Source: Paenibacillus sp.
GTDB taxonomy: Bacteria; Bacillota; Bacilli; Paenibacillales; YIM-B00363
Reading direction: 5' to 3'
Length of the DNA stretch: 32,000 nucleotides
NCBI RefSeq assembly: GCF_031177825.1
Contig: NZ_JAPSKE010000016.1
Location: 7,774 to 39,773 of the forward strand
Shown here: positions 8,980 through 15,007 of the stretch, piece by piece
How the letters are laid out: each line of letters starts with the position of its first letter
Position numbering within the stretch: the first letter of the stretch is position 1
Made by a program: the position numbers and the translations under genes
The notes under the pieces: model-generated
Told to the model about the DNA's origin: nothing
Databases searched by the model: none
The model's input: only the letters and a program-made list of their open reading frames with translations

Positions 8980-9927
8980 ATGAACGAAATCGAGCGATAT
9001 CGCGAAGAACTCGCGCGGATCTTCGCCGAAGCGGAGAAGGACATCGCCGCTTTCCCGGACGGGCTGCGGAACCGAGCGCTGCGGCTTCTGGAGCGGAGCG
9101 ATCCGCTGCGGAGCGGCGGACGCGCGAACGCGATCAGCTACTTGCTGCCGTATTGGGCGCAGGAGCGAACGAACGGTCCGCTGGAGCTGTGCCGCGATCT
9201 GGCGATCGGAAATATCCATGCGATGCTCCGGTTTTTCCTGTTGGACGACGCGATGGACGGCGCCGCGGCGAGCCTGGAGCCGTTGCGAGAGTCGCTGGCG
9301 CTCGTTCCGCTCTTGGACGATCGGTTTCTGGAGCGGTACCGGAGACACTTCCCCGAAGATTCGATGCTGTGGAGCAGGTACCGCGTCTACCTTGAGGAAT
9401 GGGCGTCGGCCGTCTATACGGAAGGACGGAATGGTCCGATGGATCCGCGCGACGGCGGCGCGTTGGCGAGGAAGGCGGCGCCCGCGAAGATCGGCGTCTG
9501 CGGCATGCTGCTGCGCGCGGGGCAAGCGGAGCGCCTTCCCGCGACGGAGGAAGCCGTCGAGCTGGCGTTAGCGGCGCTTCAGCTGTCCGACGATCGAGCG
9601 GATTGGCGGGAAGACTTGCGCGTCGCGAACGGCAGCGGCAACGCCTTCCTGACGATCGTTCGAGAGCGTCTGCCCGTTTGGCCGGTCGACGAGTCCGAAG
9701 TCCGGAAAGCGATGTACAACCATGGCGTCTTCGATCGCCTCGCGGACATCGCAGACGGCTACGTCGAACGGTTGGGACGGATGGCCGACGCGCCGGGCGG
9801 GCTCGTCCGATTCGCTCAGGATATCGCCCGAAGCCTGCGGGGAGAGGCCGAAGACGCGGCGGCCTCGAGACGGCGGCTGGCCCTTGAGGGCGGATTCGCT
9901 TACTTCTTGTCGAAAATGGAAGAATAA
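8980..9927 (+). CDS. Class I isoprenoid-synthase-like protein, candidate peptide isoprenyl transferase or RiPP enzyme
   Basis: 315 aa, mostly helical. DDxxD motif LLDDAMDGAA (residues 89-93, nt 9244-9258). Second Asp-rich motif QLSDDRADWREDL (from nt 9580, DD at 9589). Spacing is as in all-trans isoprenyl transferase/terpene synthase folds. Confidence 0.6.
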   Translation: MNEIERYREELARIFAEAEKDIAAFPDGLRNRALRLLERSDPLRSGGRANAISYLLPYWAQERTNGPLELCRDLAIGNIHAMLRFFLLDDAMDGAAASLEPLRESLALVPLLDDRFLERYRRHFPEDSMLWSRYRVYLEEWASAVYTEGRNGPMDPRDGGALARKAAPAKIGVCGMLLRAGQAERLPATEEAVELALAALQLSDDRADWREDLRVANGSGNAFLTIVRERLPVWPVDESEVRKAMYNHGVFDRLADIADGYVERLGRMADAPGGLVRFAQDIARSLRGEAEDAAASRRRLALEGGFAYFLSKMEE

Positions 9928-9928
9928 T

Positions 9929-9957
9929 AGGACAATATTACCAATTCGGTGTATGAT
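9929..9957 (+). promoter_or_regulatory. candidate sigma-A promoter for the precursor peptide
   Basis: AGGACA (9929-9934), 17-nt spacer, TATGAT (9952-9957), about 40 nt upstream of the ATG at 9998. The -35 match is only 4/6. Confidence 0.35.
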
Positions 9958-9997
9958 AGTAGGGCTAGTTTATTTTCCGAAAAGGGGAAACAGCCTT

Positions 9998-10243
9998 ATG
10001 TCTATGGACTCATTGAAAGTGAAAATTATCCAGAAAGCCTGGGAAGACCCGCAATTTAAGACGCAGCTGCTGTCCGATCCGAAGAGCGCGCTGGAAGCTA
10101 CGTTCGGCGTCAAGCTCCCGGAGGGCATCGAGCTCAAAGCGGTGGAGGAGACGCCGACGCAATTTTATTTAGTCCTGCCGCCCAACCCGGCCGATTTGAA
10201 GAGCGACGGCGGGTCGGACGAAGTGCAGTACGTATGGAGCTAG
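9998..10243 (+). CDS. NHLP-leader-family RiPP precursor peptide (81 aa)
   Basis: MSMDSLKVKIIQKAWEDPQFKTQLLSDPKSALEATFGVKLPEGIELKAVEETPTQFYLVLPPNPADLKSDGGSDEVQYVWS. It matches the nitrile-hydratase-alpha-like leader pattern (AWEDPxFKxxLLxDPKxAL...G(V/I)xLPEGxxLxxVEETPxxxYLVLPP). AAAGGGG RBS upstream. The ORF track extends it to 9722, but that extension overlaps the upstream CDS in another frame. Confidence 0.85.
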   Translation: MSMDSLKVKIIQKAWEDPQFKTQLLSDPKSALEATFGVKLPEGIELKAVEETPTQFYLVLPPNPADLKSDGGSDEVQYVWS

Positions 10244-12129
10244 TCCTGCCCGATCCGAGGGAACCGAACGATCGCTTCGGTTCCTTCGCCTTTCTCGCTG
10301 CGAAACTCGAGGGTGCCATTCATCACTTCGATGATTCGGAATGTGACCATGAGCCCGAGTCCGGTCCCCTTGGTTTTCGTAGAAAAATACGGCTCGCCGA
10401 GCTTAGCGATCTGTTCCGTATCCATGCCCGACCCGTTATCCGCGATCCGAATGACGATCTCGGCCCCTTCCGCGTAAGCCTGCACCTCTATCTTCCCCTG
10501 CGCTTGGAACGACTCGATGCTGTTCTTCATCATATTGATCATCGCTTGCTTAAACTTGGAGACGTTGCCTAGCATGAGGAGACGATCGGATGCATGGACG
10601 TGAAGCGTTCCCCCGTGCAGGGTCACCATCGGCACCATAATCGTCTCGATATTGCGCAATTCTTGCTTGACGTCCATCGGCGCGACCGTGTCCTGCTCGG
10701 GCCTCGCGAACGTCAGGAAATCCGAAATGATGACGGACGCCCGATCCAACTCGCTAATGGCCAACGTGTAATGCCCTTTGGTATCTTCGCCGGCCTTGCG
10801 TAATAACAGCTGTAAGAAGCCCCTCGTCACCTGCAGCGGATTGCGGATTTCATGCGCGATCGACGCGGCCAAATCGCTAATGATCCGCATTCGCTCCGTC
10901 TTCTGCAGCTGGCGGCCGTGCAGCTCCAGCTCCCTCGAGTAGGCGAGCAGCGTGGAATAATCGGCGGCGATTCTGCGAACTAATGCGAGGACGAGGCTAA
11001 GGATCAGAAACATTAGGCCGAATTTCCACAAGAAAAACACATGCGGCCGATGAAGGACGGATAGCAAGACCAGATCGGCAATGCCGGACAAAGCGAATCC
11101 GAGAATGCCGCCCGAGAGAATAAGAGAATCCCGGTTCCCCCGGAACGCATTCCGAAACGCGAGCCCGATCGTAACGAGCAGTTGCAGCGCAATGAGCGGA
11201 GCCAGGATGTAAAACGTAAACAGCTTGTAGAAAAAGTAAAACGATTCGCCGACCCAAAGATGCGCGATCAAAACCAGGAAGCAGAATAGGTAGTAGCCGG
11301 CGAGCCATCGGACGGGCTTCTGAAAGAAGGCTGCCGATTTTTCGTTAAGATGGGTCGCGAAATAAAAGAGCGACGGAAACAAGATCAGCATGGATGCGTC
11401 GAATACGAAAAGCAGCAGCCGCCCGAGCTCCGGATAATAATAGAAGGGCAAGGACGAATAAGAAGCGATCAGCGTGCCCGTGGATAGGACGAACAGGCTG
11501 AGCGCCGCCGCATGTTTCCGATGCTTCCACAGCGAAAGTCCGGCAACCGCAAGCATGACGATGCCGAGGAACGAGATCGCGGCTCCGAACAATAGGTTCG
11601 GCATCTCCCTGCGTACGTTGTCCGACGACAAGGCTTCGAAAGCCCCGACGCGAACGGGGCTGGCGATTCCGGCGCGTTCCTTCGATTCGATTCGGATCAG
11701 GATCTCGCTCGCCTCGGAATTCGCCGTAAGCGGAACGAGCGCAATGTTACGTTCGAAATCGTAGCCGCGCGAAGCGCGAAAGATCGCTTCCCCGTTCTCG
11801 TATACGGCGTAGTCGAGTCCGTATAATCGCTGAATATACAGCCCCGGGCTTCGCCATTCGGAAGACGCCGGCACGGTCAGCCGGATCCATGCTCCGACGG
11901 CGCCGTCCGGAATCGTAGTGAGGGGACGGGTCACGGTCGCGGAATGCCAAGAACCGTTCGTAACGGGCGGTTCGCCGCGCGGCTCCGATGCGTCGATCCA
12001 ACGGACGTCCCATTCCGTAACGGTCGTCTCGGAGACGATCGGCCGCTCCGCCTTCGGCAGGCCGAACCAAACGGCAAGTACGGCGCCGCATAACAGGAGT
12101 AAAACGATAGGAATTCGAAACGTTTGCAT
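10240..12129 (-). CDS. Membrane sensor histidine kinase: extracytoplasmic sensor, 7TMR-DISM-like membrane region, HisKA and HATPase_c
   Basis: N-terminal TM, ~170 aa extracytoplasmic region, about 7 further TM segments, H-box ISDLAASIAHEIRNPLQVTRGFL, N-box MINMMKNSIES, G-boxes DNGSGM / GTGLGL. No receiver domain. Confidence 0.92.
   Translation of the reverse strand: MQTFRIPIVLLLLCGAVLAVWFGLPKAERPIVSETTVTEWDVRWIDASEPRGEPPVTNGSWHSATVTRPLTTIPDGAVGAWIRLTVPASSEWRSPGLYIQRLYGLDYAVYENGEAIFRASRGYDFERNIALVPLTANSEASEILIRIESKERAGIASPVRVGAFEALSSDNVRREMPNLLFGAAISFLGIVMLAVAGLSLWKHRKHAAALSLFVLSTGTLIASYSSLPFYYYPELGRLLLFVFDASMLILFPSLFYFATHLNEKSAAFFQKPVRWLAGYYLFCFLVLIAHLWVGESFYFFYKLFTFYILAPLIALQLLVTIGLAFRNAFRGNRDSLILSGGILGFALSGIADLVLLSVLHRPHVFFLWKFGLMFLILSLVLALVRRIAADYSTLLAYSRELELHGRQLQKTERMRIISDLAASIAHEIRNPLQVTRGFLQLLLRKAGEDTKGHYTLAISELDRASVIISDFLTFARPEQDTVAPMDVKQELRNIETIMVPMVTLHGGTLHVHASDRLLMLGNVSKFKQAMINMMKNSIESFQAQGKIEVQAYAEGAEIVIRIADNGSGMDTEQIAKLGEPYFSTKTKGTGLGLMVTFRIIEVMNGTLEFRSEKGEGTEAIVRFPRIGQD
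10260..10284 (+). other. hairpin inside the 3' end of the kinase CDS, just downstream of the precursor stop
   Basis: GGAACCGAA (10260-10268), 7-nt loop, TTCGGTTCC (10276-10284), followed by TTCGCCTTTC. No proper U-tract. Confidence 0.4.
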
Positions 12130-12300
12130 GTTGCACCTCTAGAAGAAATACGAACTATAAGGATACCTACCTTTTCGACAAGATTCGCGTCAATCCTGTT
12201 TCTTTCGACGAAAGATTGAGAAACTTTCCCAACTGCGAAGCTTCGACCGCGACTTCGGTTGCTTGCGGCGCCTCGATTCTGATACACTTTCGATAATATA

Positions 12301-12319
12301 TTATTGATTCATCACTAAC
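12301..12319. promoter_or_regulatory. TetR operator-like site upstream of tetR
   Basis: TTATTGATTCATCACTAAC, a degenerate copy of GTTAGTGATTGATCAATAAC seen at 12934. Confidence 0.6.
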
Positions 12320-12338
12320 AGGGGGGAGGCTGGACGCT

Positions 12339-12860
12339 ATGGCGAAGAGCGACACGGCTTCGGTAAACCGAAGGACGGACATTGTTTCGGCCGCGATCGA
12401 GGTATTTGCGGAGTCAGGGTATTACCGCACGACGACGATGCAGGTGGCCAAGCGGGCGGGGATATCGCAGCCGTATATTTTTCGGTTTTTCGCGACCAAG
12501 GAGGAGCTGCTGCTTGCCGCATTGGAAGCGTCTTGGCAGCGAATCGCCGACGCCTTCCGCCAAGTCGTCGCGACCGCGTCGCCCGATCGATTGGAGAGGG
12601 AGCTGATCGCCGCTTACGAAGAAATCATGACGGCGCGCCGCTCGGAGACGCTGCTCCAGATGCAGGCGCAGACGATGCGGGACGAGCCGATCCGTACGGC
12701 GATGCAGTCGGGCTTAAGAGACATCCGGGGGATCGTTCTGGAGGCGTTCAAAGACCGCGGGCTGCCGAATCCGGAGGAGCGCGCAAAGCTGTTCTTGGCG
12801 AAGGGGATGTTGTGCAACGTATCGATGGCCTTGGATCTGCCGGAGCTGATGGAGGGGTGA
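12339..12860 (+). CDS. TetR/AcrR family transcriptional regulator
   Basis: RRTDIVSAAIEVFAESGYYRTTTMQVAKRAGISQPYIFRFFATKEELLLAALE is the canonical TetR N-terminal HTH. Confidence 0.93.
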   Translation: MAKSDTASVNRRTDIVSAAIEVFAESGYYRTTTMQVAKRAGISQPYIFRFFATKEELLLAALEASWQRIADAFRQVVATASPDRLERELIAAYEEIMTARRSETLLQMQAQTMRDEPIRTAMQSGLRDIRGIVLEAFKDRGLPNPEERAKLFLAKGMLCNVSMALDLPELMEG

Positions 12861-12887
12861 GAAGGAGGCCTCTCTTTTATCGAAAAA

Positions 12888-12907
12888 TAGTGATTGATCA
12901 ATCACTA
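12888..12907. promoter_or_regulatory. TetR operator-like 20-bp perfect palindrome
   Basis: TAGTGATTGATCAATCACTA, self-complementary, overlapping the predicted -35 element. Confidence 0.75.
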
Positions 12908-12922
12908 ACAATGCTGTATATT
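12894..12922 (+). promoter_or_regulatory. candidate promoter for the SDR gene
   Basis: TTGATC (12894-12899), 17-nt spacer, TATATT (12917-12922). Confidence 0.55.
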
Positions 12923-12933
12923 GATTTCGAGGA

Positions 12934-12953
12934 GTTAGTGATTGATCAATAAC
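12934..12953. promoter_or_regulatory. third TetR operator-like site
   Basis: GTTAGTGATTGATCAATAAC. Its centre is 48 bp downstream of the 12888 palindrome centre. Confidence 0.65.
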
Positions 12954-12974
12954 AAATCAAGTGGAGGTCGAAGG

Positions 12975-13925
12975 ATGAAAAAGGCAATCGTACTTGGCGC
13001 GACCGGCGGAACCGGCGCCGCCATCGTGGAGGAGCTCGTGAATCGGGGCGTGAACGTCGTAGCGTTCGGGCGTTCCCGCGCCAAGCTGGAGTCGTTCGCG
13101 GCTAGGTTGGGTCATCCGAAGCATCTGACGCTGGCCGTCGGGGACGCGTTCCGGGCGGAGGACATCGAGGCGGCTTCGATTGGCGCGGACGTCCTGTTTC
13201 ATTGCGCGAACGTGCCGTACCATGAGATGGCGGCGCGCTTGCTGCCGCTCGGCGAAGCGGTGATGTTGGCCGCCGATCGGCTCGGGTTGAAGGCGGTCGT
13301 CGTAGATGGGATTTATCCGTACGGAAGAAGGCAGGCGGAGTGGATCGACGAAGATCACCCGAAGGAGCCTCATACGCGAAAAGGCCGAATCCGGCTGCAG
13401 TTCGCCCGAATGATATTCGACAGCCGCTGGCAGCGCGCCAGGCCTCTCATCGTCCGATTGCCGGACTATTACGGTCCTACGGCGAACCAAGCTTCGTATC
13501 TGGGGGGCACGCTCGAAGCGGTCGCGAAGGGAAAGATCGGGTTCTTCATCGGGAACATGCGGGTGCCGCGCGAATATGTGTATTTGCCGGATGCGGCTCG
13601 CATGACGGTGGACATCGCCCTTCGCGAAGACGCCTACGGCGAAGAATGGAACATCCCCGGGGCCGGCGTCATCTCGGGGAACGAGATCGTCCGGCTCGCG
13701 AGGAAGGCGGCGGGATCGACGAAATCCGTCATCCCGTTGGGAAAGATCGGCTTATCGATCTTGGGAGCGTTCGCTCCGGTCATGAAGGAAGTGGTGGAGA
13801 TGTTGTACCTTACGACGGAGCCGCTCCGCCTCAGCAGGGAAAAGTACGAGCGGCGCATCGGGCCGGTCCCGGCGACAGATTTCGAAGAGGGCATCGCCGA
13901 AACGGTTCGTCGGTTGAAGGTATAG
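12975..13925 (+). CDS. NAD(P)-dependent SDR / epimerase-dehydratase family protein
   Basis: MKKAIVLGATGGTGAAIVEELVNRG (Rossmann GxxGxxG). Start reassigned from 12942 to ATG 12975, which has an adjacent GGAGG-type RBS. Confidence 0.88.
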   Translation: MKKAIVLGATGGTGAAIVEELVNRGVNVVAFGRSRAKLESFAARLGHPKHLTLAVGDAFRAEDIEAASIGADVLFHCANVPYHEMAARLLPLGEAVMLAADRLGLKAVVVDGIYPYGRRQAEWIDEDHPKEPHTRKGRIRLQFARMIFDSRWQRARPLIVRLPDYYGPTANQASYLGGTLEAVAKGKIGFFIGNMRVPREYVYLPDAARMTVDIALREDAYGEEWNIPGAGVISGNEIVRLARKAAGSTKSVIPLGKIGLSILGAFAPVMKEVVEMLYLTTEPLRLSREKYERRIGPVPATDFEEGIAETVRRLKV

Positions 13926-13932
13926 GAGGCGT

Positions 13933-14313
13933 CTAAGCGGCACGGATGTTGCGGACGACGTTCGCGAAGAACAGGATCGTGCCGAGTACGATCAGTACGC
14001 CTCCGATCGGAACGAACAAGAGGAGCCCGGTCGCGCCGAAGATTAGCGCGGTCAATCCGCCCATCATGAGCGGCACGCCGATGTTATGCATCCAGAAGTG
14101 AAGCTTCCCAAGCAACCCTGCCGCCTCAGGGAACCGGCAATAGACCAGCCCCCCGATCGCCATGGACACCCATCCGATCAAGTTCAGATGCACGTGGACC
14201 GGGCTTAGCTCATAATGATCGGTCATCGACATCCCCATGCCCATGACGACGCCGACGACAAAGTAAAACGATGCGATTTGCAGCATGCGAACTCCCAATT
14301 TCAAACAAATCAT
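13933..14313 (-). CDS. Small membrane protein similar to a heme-copper (cytochrome c) oxidase subunit I fragment
   Basis: ~126 aa, 4 TM. ELSPVHVHLNLIGWVSMAIGGLVYCRFP ... LHFWMHNIGVPLMMGG histidine pattern. Start ATG 14313 preceded by AAAGGAAAGG. Confidence 0.6.
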   Translation of the reverse strand: MICLKLGVRMLQIASFYFVVGVVMGMGMSMTDHYELSPVHVHLNLIGWVSMAIGGLVYCRFPEAAGLLGKLHFWMHNIGVPLMMGGLTALIFGATGLLLFVPIGGVLIVLGTILFFANVVRNIRAA

Positions 14314-14333
14314 CCTTTCCTTTCGCCGATAAA

Positions 14334-14891
14334 TTACCTGCAATAGGTCCGCAGCAGACGTTCTTCCACGCCCAGCCGTTTCGCGATCGCGTAGAGCGAA
14401 CCGAATATCGCCTTCTGCAGCCAGATCGGGATGCCGCTTATAAACGACTCTCCGAGTACGAATAGGACGGCCATCTCGAGCGCGTTGCGGGGGATGCCGC
14501 TCTTCGGGTGCACTCTCCCGTCCCGGGCCAGCCCGTAAGCGATTCGCAGCATCGGTTCGAATCGCCTAGCCGGCTCGATCTTCGTATAAAATACGATCGG
14601 GTCCGGACCCGGATTGAAAAATCGGTGTTTCGTCCCCGGCGGCGCCGAGACGGTCTCCCCGGGACGCAAGCTGCGCAGCAAGCCGTCCACCTCCAGGTGG
14701 AGCTCGCCCTCGACCGCCTCGAAATGTTCCGAATACGTCTGATGATAATGAAGACCGTTGCCGCCCCCCGGGGCCAGTTCCACCTTCACATATTCATAGG
14801 AGCCTCCGGACTCCGCCGCCGTCGTCAGGAAGGTGACCCGGTCTCGAACGAGGGGATTCTCGATAGTCCTCGGCATTGCATGCTGGTTCAA
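14334..14891 (-). CDS. Cupin-domain protein
   Basis: VELAPGGGNGLHYHQTYSEHFEAVEGELHLEVDG ... PGETVSAPPGTKHRFFNPG cupin motifs. Confidence 0.85.
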   Translation of the reverse strand: MNQHAMPRTIENPLVRDRVTFLTTAAESGGSYEYVKVELAPGGGNGLHYHQTYSEHFEAVEGELHLEVDGLLRSLRPGETVSAPPGTKHRFFNPGPDPIVFYTKIEPARRFEPMLRIAYGLARDGRVHPKSGIPRNALEMAVLFVLGESFISGIPIWLQKAIFGSLYAIAKRLGVEERLLRTYCR

Positions 14892-14949
14892 GTTACTTCG
14901 CCTCCTTTCCCTATTACCTTAGCAAGGATTCGAACGTTCGCGTACTATA

Positions 14950-14978
14950 CCCAGGTATAATTTGTGAGTATACTTGGG
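14950..14978. promoter_or_regulatory. imperfect inverted repeat over a -10 element upstream of the LuxR/ATPase regulator
   Basis: CCCAGGTATA (14950-14959) / TATACTTGGG (14969-14978), 9/10 paired, overlapping TATAAT at 14956-14961. Confidence 0.4.
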
Positions 14979-15007
14979 GTAATGATGGAATCGGGCGGGG
15001 GAAGACG

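Noticed and set aside
8431-9525. 364-aa minus-strand ORF opposite the TerC-family and isoprenoid-like genes
   Set aside because: Spans a strong plus-strand terminator and parts of two supported genes. The translation lacks family features.
9722-10243. 173-aa ORF as listed in the track
   Set aside because: The first 92 codons overlap the 8980-9927 CDS out of frame. The NHLP homology and RBS support a start at 9998.
9998-10243. Interpretation as a lanthipeptide or thiopeptide precursor
   Set aside because: The C-terminal region has no Cys, and no LanM/LanBC, cyclodehydratase or radical SAM gene is seen nearby.
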